Positions 38,300 to 47,839 of a stretch of 63,800 nucleotides of DNA are shown here, one piece after another. Position 1 is the stretch's first letter; every line of letters begins with the position of its first letter. This DNA comes from Thermoplasmatota archaeon (GTDB lineage: Archaea > Thermoplasmatota > E2 > DHVEG-1): the NCBI GenBank assembly GCA_016932245.1, contig JAFGDG010000086.1, positions 1 through 63,800 on the forward strand, read 5' to 3'. The notes under the pieces were generated by a model. That model saw nothing but the letters and a program-made list of their open reading frames with translations, ran no database searches and was not told the DNA's origin. The position numbers and the translations under genes were made by a program.

Positions 38300-38902
38300 T
38301 CAAAAAACAGTTTTTAGCAGCACAACCAAAAACTCAGCTTTTTCTTTGTTGTGAAAATGATAGATTTTTTTTATAGGAAACTTATATATTTTTTGGTACA
38401 CAATTTTTCCATCGAGTGCATGTACGATCTTTTCTAAGAAAGAAAACGTCTTTGCGAGATGAAGTGAATATACTACCGGCGCTATCGTACGAGATGTTTC
38501 AAGAAATCTTCTGTCAGCATTTTTATTGCTTTTTTGCGCGCCGAATGGTGAATTCATAATGACAGTGTCAGCCCTTATCTTAACATCTCGTACATCGGCT
38601 GTGATAAATTCTATTTCTACATCATGTTTCTTTGTATAGTCCTCTGCCGTTTTTATCAACTGTTTATCAATGTCGATGCCAATGACTTTTTTTGCGCCAG
38701 TGACTGCAGCACCAATGGAAAATATGCCTGTTCCGCATCCCAAATCAACAACAACTTTGTGCTGAATGTCACCGAATTGATGTGCGGTAAAAATAATATC
38801 TGCAGCAATGGATGCAGGGGTCATATACTGTTCCAGAGTGGCCCTTGAAACGATTGGTTCTGGCAATTGTTGCAAAAAAATCTCCAACTCTTTTTTTTTC
38901 AT
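38300..38902 (-). CDS. METTL5-family N6-adenine RNA methyltransferase
   Basis: LEQYMTP, DLGCGTG, MNSPFG (NPPF variant), VYSLH. Confidence 0.88.
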   Translation of the reverse strand: MKKKELEIFLQQLPEPIVSRATLEQYMTPASIAADIIFTAHQFGDIQHKVVVDLGCGTGIFSIGAAVTGAKKVIGIDIDKQLIKTAEDYTKKHDVEIEFITADVRDVKIRADTVIMNSPFGAQKSNKNADRRFLETSRTIAPVVYSLHLAKTFSFLEKIVHALDGKIVYQKIYKFPIKKIYHFHNKEKAEFLVVLLKTVF

Positions 38903-38988
38903 ACGTGACCATCGAAATCACTTCGTCAATTAATAATAGTTTATGCACAAATTTTATTTGCTCGAAGGAGTTTTCGTGCTTTCCACAA

Positions 38989-39062
38989 GGGCTTGTAGAT
39001 CAGCTCGGAAGATCGCCTCCTTGGCATGGAGGAGGCCTCGGGTTCAAATCCCGACAAGTCCA
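38989..39062 (+). tRNA. tRNA-Ala(GGC)
   Basis: GGGCTTG/CAAGTCC acceptor stem with G3:U70; CCTCC-TT GGC AT-GGAGG; GGTTCAAATCC. Confidence 0.96.
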
Positions 39063-39097
39063 TTACTTTTTTACATTTATTAATTATTTCATAGCTT

Positions 39098-39376
39098 ATG
39101 GCACCAGATGATGAATTACGGAAAAAAGCAAGAAAAATCGCAAAAGAAAAATCTGATTTTTACATACATTTTGTGATTTATATCGCTGTTAATTTGCTTC
39201 TTATTGCGATATGGTGGGTAACATTAGGCCCATACGGTTTTCCATGGTTTGTGTTTCCACTTTTTGGCTGGGGCATAGGCGTTGCAGCACACGGTATTTC
39301 AGCGTTCAGAGGGGAAGGATATATTGAACAGCAAGCTGAAAAAGAATACCAAAAACTCAAGAAAAAAGACCGATAA
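39098..39376 (+). CDS. 2TM domain protein
   Basis: FYIHFVIYIAVN...PWFVFPLFGWGIGVAAHG. Confidence 0.88.
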   Translation: MAPDDELRKKARKIAKEKSDFYIHFVIYIAVNLLLIAIWWVTLGPYGFPWFVFPLFGWGIGVAAHGISAFRGEGYIEQQAEKEYQKLKKKDR

Positions 39377-39479
39377 CTACACGTTTCTTTCTATTGCTCT
39401 ATTTAATATATGAATAATTTTATAAAAGCAAAAAGATACAAAAAGGTTATATATGCGTTTTCCTGTTTTAGGTATATAA

Positions 39480-39995
39480 ATGGTTGATAGTATGATGCGA
39501 ACAAAAGTAGTTAATGATTCTACCGATCTTGTCCCTTTATTGCGTGCATTCGACTCCAAGATAAAAAAAGAAGTTTTTAACGATCTTCTTCTTGATTGGA
39601 AACCATTGAGTGAGATCCTCGATAAATATGGTGAGGATGGAGAAGAAGCTGTCGAGCTTTTTGATAAAATGAAATTAGTTGAATCGAAATGGACAACTTC
39701 ACAAGATGGGATAAATGGCAAACCTCAAAAAAAGTACCGATCGTATTATTCTGCATTTAATATTAATATCTCATGTCCTGTTAATGAAATTAGTGAAATT
39801 TTTACTGTTGCTTCATTGAATCAAAAAGAATTTGAAAATTTGGAAACCAACATCTACGACTTTGTAGGTGAGGAAGGAAAATTCGGCAACATGGTTGCAG
39901 AGACGTTTAATCTTTCTAACTTGGCTTTAAAAGGGCTGGTAAAACGATCAAACAAATTTTGTTATAAGGGATTGAAATTAAGTCGAAAAGAATAA
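39480..39995 (+). CDS. Archaeal ArsR-like winged-helix protein
   Basis: VVNDSTDLVPLLRAF, LVESKW, P.KKY.SYY, LKGLVKRS. Confidence 0.75.
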   Translation: MVDSMMRTKVVNDSTDLVPLLRAFDSKIKKEVFNDLLLDWKPLSEILDKYGEDGEEAVELFDKMKLVESKWTTSQDGINGKPQKKYRSYYSAFNINISCPVNEISEIFTVASLNQKEFENLETNIYDFVGEEGKFGNMVAETFNLSNLALKGLVKRSNKFCYKGLKLSRKE

Positions 39996-40056
39996 CCGTT
40001 TTTTATACACATTGGCACCTATTATTTTTAAACTCTTTCTGCATTCCAAATGGGTA

Positions 40057-40641
40057 ATGAGTTACGAAATTGTCTTGCAAGCACTTTGGCTTATTCTTCC
40101 AGCATACATTGCTAATGCCGGTGCGTTACTTAGTGGCAGGGGTACACCAATTGATTTTGGAAGGAACTGGAAGGATGGAAAACGCCTGCTCGGCGATGGC
40201 AAAACCTGGCGTGGTCTGGCCACTGGCGCGGTTATTGGTATGGCTGGGGGGTTTGCCCTTTCTATCATTGCATTCTATGCACATGATAGTGATTTTGCGT
40301 TTTTAGGATTAAGTAACTTTGGCCGTTTTCCACTCATGATTTTTATTGTAGGTTCTCTTTGTTTCGGTGCATTATTGGGAGATATCGTTGAAAGTTTTTT
40401 TAAAAGAAGACGAGGAAAACGTCGTGGGGAGGATTGGGTCCCCTTTGATCAGCTAGATTTTATCATCGGTGCGTTGGTCTGTAGTTTTCTTATTTCTTCT
40501 TTGTTGCAGGTTACAGGAATTACCAGTACTAATTGGTTTCTTGATACGTTTACGCTCTGGCACGTTCTTGTATTGCTTGTTATAACACCATTTTTCCACG
40601 TATTTGCCAATTTCGTCCACAGAAAAACAAACCACAGGTAG
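40057..40641 (+). CDS. carS: CDP-archaeol synthase
   Basis: PAYIAN, PIDFG, LGDGKTWRG, GDIVESFFKRR, DQLDF. Confidence 0.93.
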   Translation: MSYEIVLQALWLILPAYIANAGALLSGRGTPIDFGRNWKDGKRLLGDGKTWRGLATGAVIGMAGGFALSIIAFYAHDSDFAFLGLSNFGRFPLMIFIVGSLCFGALLGDIVESFFKRRRGKRRGEDWVPFDQLDFIIGALVCSFLISSLLQVTGITSTNWFLDTFTLWHVLVLLVITPFFHVFANFVHRKTNHR

Positions 40642-40707
40642 CAAACGAAATTATTTAAACACGGGAAGCTTTTTCTCATCAGTATGATAACATCGTCGCC
40701 ACCTGCC

Positions 40708-40989
40708 ATGAATAAAGAACTCAAAGAGTGGTTAGCAGATACAAAAAAATTTATTAAAGAAAAAAAGGACAGCAAACAACCTCAGAAAAAACCTTCAGGA
40801 AAATGTCAAATTTGCGGACAGAATGAGGCCAAAGCTATCTGTTTAAAATGTGGAAGATCAGTGTGTGGCTCGTGTTATTTTAAGCTTATCAATATTTGTA
40901 AAAAATGTGTTCCCCCTGAAACAGCAGCAAAGTGGGAAGGGAAACAACCAGACTGGGAAGAAATTCTTGGTGTTGAATGGGTTGATTAG
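40708..40989 (+). CDS. Small Cys8 zinc-finger protein
   Basis: Four CxxC pairs (CQIC, CLKC, CGSC, CKKC). Alternative start at 40684. Confidence 0.7.
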   Translation: MNKELKEWLADTKKFIKEKKDSKQPQKKPSGKCQICGQNEAKAICLKCGRSVCGSCYFKLINICKKCVPPETAAKWEGKQPDWEEILGVEWVD

Positions 40990-42374
40990 TCTTCGTTTTC
41001 CTCTCTTTTAAGACGTTCTCCCTCAAGATATAATGCGTGCATTGATCGTGCTGTTCTCCAGGAAGACGGATAAATTGGAACACCCGCTGCTTTAAGATCC
41101 CAGACTAAGTCTTCAAACTCTCTACCACCTACCCACGTCGCTAACAGAGGTTTTTTATATGTTTCATGTAACTTTCGTTGCCGTACCATCTTTAGAATGG
41201 CACCAGTAAACTCTCGCGGTCGCGCGTAACCACCATGAACTGATGCAACAATTACCCCATCGATATTCGGATCTTCAAGGAGTGCACTTGTTGCCGCTTC
41301 GTACCGCTCAAATCCTGCATCCGCAACAAGATCTATAGGGTTGTTAGGCTTGATAAGATCGGGAAGAATTTTATCTATTTTCTTAAACGTCTTTGCCGAA
41401 AGTTTCGGAATTTGCAGGCCGTTTGCTTCACAAGCATCAGTCAATAGAATTCCCAGACCTCCACCGTTGGTAATAATTCCTATTCGATTGCCCATGGCCG
41501 GGGGCTGACCAGCTAACGCTTGTGCCATATCAAATAACTCGACCACATCACGACAACGAATGCCGCCTGCTTGTTTGATTGCAGCGCTATAAATTTTATC
41601 ACTTCCCGCCATCGATCCTGTGTGAGATGCAGTAGCGCGTGCACCAGCAGCACTTCTCCCTGCTTTTACTACGAGAACCGGTTTATGGCATGCTTTAATG
41701 CTGTTCATGAACGCACGCCCGTCTTTGATCCCTTCAATATAAAGTCCGATAACCTTAGTTTCTGGATCGGTGCTGAAATAGTCGATGAGATCATCGTCAT
41801 CAATGTCAAGTTTATTGCCGACACCAATAATTTTAGAAACACCCACAAATTCGTTATTGGCAAGATAAATCATGCCAATTCCCAATGCACCGCTTTGACT
41901 AATCAATGCAACATTCCCCTTTCGAGGAACTCCGAAAACAAACGATGCATCAAGACCATCTGACGCATTTTTGTAGCCCATTGTATTTGGTCCTAGTACT
42001 CTTATATGTGTGTTATTGATAATTTGTCGCAACTCGTTTTCAAGAGAGTGATCACCAATTTCACTGAATCCGGAAGAGATAATGATAACATATTTCACCT
42101 GCTTTTTGACACATTCGGAAAGAATTTGTGGAACCAGTTTTGCCGGTACAGAGATCAAAACTACGTCAATACTCCCAGGGACCTCTGCCACTTTCGTATA
42201 GCATCTCAGCCCAAGTATCTCTTTTTCATGAGGGTTTATTGGATAAATTTTGCATTCATAATCGGAAATCAGGATATTTTTTAATGCAGCATGTCCAATT
42301 TTTGTTGGATTTTTTGAAGCTCCAACTACTGCGATACTTTTCGGTTTGAAGAACGTATCAAGATTCCCCTTCAT
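40986..42374 (-). CDS. acdA: ADP-forming acyl-CoA synthetase alpha subunit
   Basis: PKSIAVVGAS, SGFSE, GPN, SQSGA, phospho-His SHTGS, NPIDL. Confidence 0.88.
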   Translation of the reverse strand: MKGNLDTFFKPKSIAVVGASKNPTKIGHAALKNILISDYECKIYPINPHEKEILGLRCYTKVAEVPGSIDVVLISVPAKLVPQILSECVKKQVKYVIIISSGFSEIGDHSLENELRQIINNTHIRVLGPNTMGYKNASDGLDASFVFGVPRKGNVALISQSGALGIGMIYLANNEFVGVSKIIGVGNKLDIDDDDLIDYFSTDPETKVIGLYIEGIKDGRAFMNSIKACHKPVLVVKAGRSAAGARATASHTGSMAGSDKIYSAAIKQAGGIRCRDVVELFDMAQALAGQPPAMGNRIGIITNGGGLGILLTDACEANGLQIPKLSAKTFKKIDKILPDLIKPNNPIDLVADAGFERYEAATSALLEDPNIDGVIVASVHGGYARPREFTGAILKMVRQRKLHETYKKPLLATWVGGREFEDLVWDLKAAGVPIYPSSWRTARSMHALYLEGERLKREENED

Positions 42375-42428
42375 GGATGATCACAACGTAACCGACATAG
42401 AGCATTCATTACTTAAATAATCGCGCAG

Positions 42429-42950
42429 TCACTCATCGATATACTGTTTCATGATTTTGATAACTTCTTTGCTTGTTTTTGCGGTATTGTATTCTTCCAA
42501 TGGCTGTTTATTTAATTCTAAAAAATAAGGTCCCCATTTGTAGAGCCTTACTAATTCTTCAGCCTGTTTGTTATAGCCCAATATATACAACGCTGCAGCA
42601 AAGGCTTCCAATGTTGTTAATTTGAACGGTTTGCCGTAGTTGACAGGATTTGTAGCAACGACAAATGGTAACGCACGCGAATGATTCTTTTTATCAAGAA
42701 TCCGAAACGACATTTCAGCAGTTTTCCAAGAACAATCAAGTGCAAGAATGCCATGTTGAAGGGCCATTTGTTCATCTTCTTTTGATAGGGCCTTTTTTGC
42801 AAAAGGATTTAAGAGAATTGTTTTTTGAGGAACTTTTTTTACGCTTGTCTCCAATTTTACCATGCCAAACTTTCTCATCTTTTTTGCACTGCACTTTTTC
42901 GGGTCGTCTTCATTTGCATGGTAGACAAAAAGGTTGATTTTTTGTTTCAT
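42429..42950 (-). CDS. tsr3: 16S rRNA aminocarboxypropyltransferase Tsr3
   Basis: DPKKCSAKK, DCSW, RALP..VATNPVNYG, LTTLEA, KWG..FLELN. Confidence 0.93.
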   Translation of the reverse strand: MKQKINLFVYHANEDDPKKCSAKKMRKFGMVKLETSVKKVPQKTILLNPFAKKALSKEDEQMALQHGILALDCSWKTAEMSFRILDKKNHSRALPFVVATNPVNYGKPFKLTTLEAFAAALYILGYNKQAEELVRLYKWGPYFLELNKQPLEEYNTAKTSKEVIKIMKQYIDE

Positions 42951-43792
42951 TCATCACCTATCTTAATATCCAATACAACGTGACTTATGCCGGGGGCGTA
43001 TGACTTTATTTTTTTGAAAGTTATCAATTCTACATCACTATTGTATTGTTCTGCTGCTTTTTGTATTAATGTGAAAGGTTTTTTAGGAATGGTATCGTTA
43101 GGAAATACATCATGATAATGAATAATGCCCGTATGGTCTTTGAGGCAGTTTATTGCATTTTGTAAGAATTTGTGCGTATTTCTAATATGTCCCATGATGA
43201 CTCTATCAGCAACATTCTTTGGTGCGATTTCTCTGTTATCGCCAAGCAATGGTTCAACAATTGAAGTAACATCATTTAATATGATATTTTGACACAGATA
43301 ATCATATGATACAGGATTAAGTTCGCAAGCATATATCCTTCTTGGCTTGCTTTTTACTGCCATAGGAACGCTAAAGTAGCCAATTCCTGCAAAGAGGTCA
43401 ACTACTATCTCATTATTGTTTGAAATGGTTGCCATTCGTCCTCGTTCATTCATGTTTCCTGAGGAAAACATCAATTTTTGCGGGTCTAATTTAAATCGTA
43501 TGCCATTCTCTCTGTGTAATGTTTCTGTGTTTTTATCTCCAAAAATTACTTCGACCACTGGCTTGCGGTATGTTCCTGTAATGCCACCAACATCGTTTAG
43601 GATCGTCTTACACCGAAGATATTTAGCATAGCGCTCTGCGATAATTACTTTATTCTTCTCAAGCTCCTTTGGTAGCCTTATAATTGCAACATCACCAACT
43701 ATTTCCCATTTTTGCGGTAAAAGAGGCAACTTCGTTTGAGGAACGATGTTTGCAAGGGATGTTGCAATTCTGTTAAAGGGAGTATCAATCAT
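42947..43792 (-). CDS. taw2: Met-10/Trm5-family SAM transferase, most like Taw2 (wyosine aminocarboxypropyltransferase)
   Basis: HRENG, MFSSGNMNER, DLFAGIGYF, ADRVIMG, HYH, KSYAPG. Confidence 0.75.
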   Translation of the reverse strand: MIDTPFNRIATSLANIVPQTKLPLLPQKWEIVGDVAIIRLPKELEKNKVIIAERYAKYLRCKTILNDVGGITGTYRKPVVEVIFGDKNTETLHRENGIRFKLDPQKLMFSSGNMNERGRMATISNNNEIVVDLFAGIGYFSVPMAVKSKPRRIYACELNPVSYDYLCQNIILNDVTSIVEPLLGDNREIAPKNVADRVIMGHIRNTHKFLQNAINCLKDHTGIIHYHDVFPNDTIPKKPFTLIQKAAEQYNSDVELITFKKIKSYAPGISHVVLDIKIGDE

Positions 43793-43897
43793 GATGTAAG
43801 GTTTAACAAGATAACACTATAAAATGTCATGTACCGAAATACTTTCGCTCATGTCCCAACAACTCTTTTTACCAAGGTTAGTATACTCTCTTTCATC

Positions 43898-45898
43898 ATG
43901 GAACTTTTCCCCTATCCCTTGCGCAAAAGTCAAAAGGCAATTATGCAGACCATCAAAAACACGCTTGAGAGCGGCAGTCATATGGTCTTCGAATCAGGGA
44001 CTGGTTCTGGAAAAACCATCTGTGCACTCACGTCAACTCTCGAATACGCATTAGCACATGACAAAAAGATCATCTACACCACACGGACCAACGCTCAGCA
44101 ACAACAAGTCATCTTTGAATTACGAGCCATCAGAAATAAATTGTCCAGTAACAAGGAACAGGTATTTGGAGTGGGTATTCAAGGTCGTGCAAATATGTGC
44201 ATCCTTGCAAGAAAAAATCCTGAGTTTGCCAAAGGAACAGCAGAGGAACTTTCGAAGCTGTGTTCCCATGAAAAAAAGAAAGCAAGAAACACCAATCAAA
44301 AAAACAAGGGATGCCAGTATTATCGCACCTTTTTAGAACAAAAGGAAAAGGTTACTGATCTGGTGGAGTGGGCAACAAAGACACTTCCAACGGCAGAAGA
44401 GTTTATCACCCATTGTGAACAGCAGCATATCTGCCCTTATGAGATGAATAGGCTGCTTATTCGCGAGGCAACCGTAGTTGTTGTTCCATATGTCTATGTG
44501 TTGAACGCCATGATTCGAAACATGCTTTTTGATTGGCTTTCAGTACCTGAAGAAGATATGATTTTGATTGTTGATGAAGCACACAATATCCCTGAGTTCA
44601 TTAGAGACTTGTTTTCAGTACAACTTACAACATACATGCTTACCAACTGTCTGTACGAAGCAGAAAAATTTGGCGACCCCGCGCTCGTCGATGGCACTGT
44701 TACCGTTTCGCGATTTTGTAATCTGCTTCTTGAGATTATCAGCACTCTGAGAGATACGTACGTGTACGGTATCTTAGAAAGTGGCATTCGAAAAGGCCCC
44801 ATAGAAAAAACAGACGCGTTTATCCCTTCAAATGAATTAGAAACCGAATTATTATCCCGATTAACCATCACCAGTAAGAAACTGCATGACATCATTGGAG
44901 ATTTAATTGCGTATGGAGAAAAAATACAAGACTATCGACAGAAAGAAGGAAAACTACCCCGATCATATCTACACAAACTCGGTGTTTTTCTTGATGTGTG
45001 GATGTCACTTGAATCAGAACAATATGCTAAACTCGTGGTTGATGCATCTCAAGGAAAAAACCCTCGTATTGAAGCGTTTTGCTTAGATCCTGCAGTTGGT
45101 ACAGGAATCTTGCGACAATTCCATGCAACAATTCACATGTCTGGTACTCTTGAACCACTTGAAGAATACCGTGATTCTCTGGGGCTTCCTGAAGATATAG
45201 AATTGATCTCGTATCCTTCCCCCTTTCCTCAAGAACATCGAAGGATTCTCTTTGTTCGCGATGTTACCACGAAATATGCAGAAATGGCAAGAGATAAAAA
45301 GATCATTCCGCGAATGAAGAAATATATTACTGATATCTGCAATACCTTCCCCCAAAACACCATGGTCTTTTTTCCCAGCTTTGATATCATGTCGAATTTT
45401 CTAAACGACGGTATGAAGCAAGATATCACCCGCTGTCTCTATGTGGAAGAACAAGGAATGTCGCAGATAGACCTTATGGATATTGTTTCTGATTTTAAAG
45501 AATGTAGCTCAAAGCAAACCAATGGTGCCACGCTCTTTTCGGTGATAGGCGGTCGTATCAGTGAGGGCATGGATTTTCCTGCAGAAGAGCTCGAAGTTGC
45601 CGTTATTGTTGGCATCCCTTATCCCAAACCAACTGCCCGGCAACGAGGCCTGCAACGATATTACGACATTAAATTTCGAAAAGGGTGGGAGTATACGGTT
45701 GAAGCACCAACAGCGCGAAAAATATTGCAATCAATCGGCAGACTTATCCGTGACGAGCAAGACCGAGGCATTGCTGTTATCCTTGATAGAAGGGCATCAC
45801 GCTTTACACGTTATTTAGGAAACTTAACAGAATCAAAACACCCTCTGAGAGATATCGATTGTTTCCTTAATCAACAGTCCTATTTTGGCAAGAGGTGA
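43898..45898 (+). CDS. xpd: XPD/Rad3 Fe-S DNA helicase
   Basis: GTGSGKT, four Fe-S cysteines, DEAH, SGT, SEGMDF, QSIGRLIR. Confidence 0.9.
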   Translation: MELFPYPLRKSQKAIMQTIKNTLESGSHMVFESGTGSGKTICALTSTLEYALAHDKKIIYTTRTNAQQQQVIFELRAIRNKLSSNKEQVFGVGIQGRANMCILARKNPEFAKGTAEELSKLCSHEKKKARNTNQKNKGCQYYRTFLEQKEKVTDLVEWATKTLPTAEEFITHCEQQHICPYEMNRLLIREATVVVVPYVYVLNAMIRNMLFDWLSVPEEDMILIVDEAHNIPEFIRDLFSVQLTTYMLTNCLYEAEKFGDPALVDGTVTVSRFCNLLLEIISTLRDTYVYGILESGIRKGPIEKTDAFIPSNELETELLSRLTITSKKLHDIIGDLIAYGEKIQDYRQKEGKLPRSYLHKLGVFLDVWMSLESEQYAKLVVDASQGKNPRIEAFCLDPAVGTGILRQFHATIHMSGTLEPLEEYRDSLGLPEDIELISYPSPFPQEHRRILFVRDVTTKYAEMARDKKIIPRMKKYITDICNTFPQNTMVFFPSFDIMSNFLNDGMKQDITRCLYVEEQGMSQIDLMDIVSDFKECSSKQTNGATLFSVIGGRISEGMDFPAEELEVAVIVGIPYPKPTARQRGLQRYYDIKFRKGWEYTVEAPTARKILQSIGRLIRDEQDRGIAVILDRRASRFTRYLGNLTESKHPLRDIDCFLNQQSYFGKR

Positions 45899-46050
45899 GG
45901 TATTCCTTTTTCTATCGAGTAGTTGCATTGACACGCTTTACATATCAATGTCCCTTCAAGAATTTCATCTTTTCGTTCTTTAGTAATAACGATGTCAAGA
46001 TCTCCTTTACAGGTTGGGCAACAAAGCATATCAACGAATTCTTTTCTCAT
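45880..46050 (-). CDS. trm112: Trm112 methyltransferase activator
   Basis: LCCPTCKGDL...EGTLICKAC..YSIEKGIPHLL. Confidence 0.9.
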   Translation of the reverse strand: MRKEFVDMLCCPTCKGDLDIVITKERKDEILEGTLICKACQCNYSIEKGIPHLLPK

Positions 46051-46062
46051 ACTCTGGTTCAC

Positions 46063-47151
46063 CTACGATGTTTCATACTCGCCAAGAAACATTATTCGGC
46101 GTCGGCCAAGATTAGAATCCCAGATAAACCCCCAATCTTCATCGCTTGCTTTTTTTCCCTCCTCAATGGTTTGAATATAGTTTTTGACCTGTGAGTCCAT
46201 CATATCTGCTGCGTGAAGCACCACTGCTTCGACAATTTTTGGCATTCTGGGCGATCCAAACTCGTACTTTCCATGGTGGCTGAGAATCAGATGACAAAGA
46301 TACTGTTCTAACTTTTCATCAAATGGCTTTCCCTTTTCCCGTAAGAGAGCACTTTTCTCTCGTACCCAATGCTCTCCGATGACTATATGGCCAATGAAAT
46401 TCCCCTCATCGGTTTTATCAATTGCTGCTGTCGTTCTATACTCTTTGAGCTTACCTATATCATGAAGAATTGCCCCTGCAATGACTAAATCCCGATCGAT
46501 ACCTGGATACATTTCACAAATGTTATTACACAGTCGTATGACACCAACCGTGTGCTCGAGATTCCCCCCCACATAGTTATGATGATGAGTAATGGCTGAA
46601 GGTGCATGTGTATAGTCTTTCACAAAGTCTTTATCAGCAAAAAACAACTCAAGTAGCGATCGCAATTGCTGATTTTTAAGTGAGGCAACCTCTGCTTTTA
46701 CCATTTCAAACAAGTTAGCTATACGGTCCTCTTCCAAGGAGGGAATAAAGTCACTCACGTCATACTCAGAAGGACTACACCGTCGCATCCCGCCGGTGGT
46801 CTCATTAATAGATATCTGTGGTGTCTCCTCATAAATTTCTACGCTCCCCAGCCGTATCTGTACAACATCTCCCACTTTGAAACTATCATACAGACGTTTC
46901 ACTCGGTCTTTGTTGTCTCCGCCCCAAAATTTAACGCCTATTTCACCGGTCTTATCAGTTGCAACAATACTAAACCATGTACCTCGTTTGTATATGCGTG
47001 GCGGATTTTTCAACTTCACCGCAAAAAAATCATTGACCACATCCCCCTCTCTGAGGTTTTCGATAAACTGCTCTTTCTTTCGTCTTCCCGTGTCAGTCTT
47101 TATCATTGTTTGCTCGTCCTGTTTTTTCTTATATCCTAACACATCGGTCAT
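46063..47151 (-). CDS. YhaM/Cbf1-like OB-fold + HD 3'-5' exoribonuclease
   Basis: DKTGEI..KFW OB fold; HHHNYVGGNLEHT, LHDIGK, GHI, SHHG..EFGSP, LHAADMMD. Confidence 0.88.
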   Translation of the reverse strand: MTDVLGYKKKQDEQTMIKTDTGRRKKEQFIENLREGDVVNDFFAVKLKNPPRIYKRGTWFSIVATDKTGEIGVKFWGGDNKDRVKRLYDSFKVGDVVQIRLGSVEIYEETPQISINETTGGMRRCSPSEYDVSDFIPSLEEDRIANLFEMVKAEVASLKNQQLRSLLELFFADKDFVKDYTHAPSAITHHHNYVGGNLEHTVGVIRLCNNICEMYPGIDRDLVIAGAILHDIGKLKEYRTTAAIDKTDEGNFIGHIVIGEHWVREKSALLREKGKPFDEKLEQYLCHLILSHHGKYEFGSPRMPKIVEAVVLHAADMMDSQVKNYIQTIEEGKKASDEDWGFIWDSNLGRRRIMFLGEYETS

Positions 47152-47227
47152 AGTAGATTTTCCCCCAGGAGGTAATCAAGATACCATACACTATAGTGTT
47201 TTGATTTATACGTTTTTCCTAGAAACG

Positions 47228-47812
47228 TTAAGTCTCTCTTTCTGATAACAGATAAACACCATAGCGAGCACACCACAAGAATCCTGGGAACAGAACGAAT
47301 ACTTCAGGTATAGCAATACCAGAAAAGAACAATAAAAATACGGATGATCCTGCCGAAATGGCGGTTACCACTAACGATTCAAAACCAATACGTTTCAACA
47401 TACTGTCTGGTCGTCTAAAGAGCCGCACACCAATAACAAAAAATCCCAAGGGAAAAGCAATGAAAAACAGTCCAGCCAGATCAACATGACTCGCGCTAGG
47501 TAATGGAAAAATACCAACACCCATAAGATATATGCCACTCAATGAGAAAATCGTTGGACCCACCCGTTCTTTTTTCAAATGCAGATTCAAACCAATGGAA
47601 AATACCAACAATAAAAAACCAATCAGGATGAGACCATAATTAAAAAACAACAGCCCATATTCTGGAATGCCAAGATCGCTAATTGCATTTTCTGTCCAAC
47701 TGAACCAAGGAGCATATGGCAATGTGCCAATCAAGACTGCAAGTGCTATAAACGGAAGAAGAACGCCACTTATCCCTGCCAGCATTCGGATGGCTATTGT
47801 ATATTTTTTCAT
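47228..47812 (-). CDS. DUF998 membrane protein
   Basis: PWFSWTENAISDLG, FN.GLI, GVGIFP, H, AIPE. Confidence 0.85.
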   Translation of the reverse strand: MKKYTIAIRMLAGISGVLLPFIALAVLIGTLPYAPWFSWTENAISDLGIPEYGLLFFNYGLILIGFLLLVFSIGLNLHLKKERVGPTIFSLSGIYLMGVGIFPLPSASHVDLAGLFFIAFPLGFFVIGVRLFRRPDSMLKRIGFESLVVTAISAGSSVFLLFFSGIAIPEVFVLFPGFLWCARYGVYLLSERET

Positions 47813-47839
47813 ATTCTCTCTTTTCTTATCACAACCATG

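Noticed and set aside
38812..39111. ORFs spanning tRNA-Ala (and 53347-53760 spanning tRNA-Gly)
   Set aside because: They overlap tRNA genes and real CDSs; spurious.
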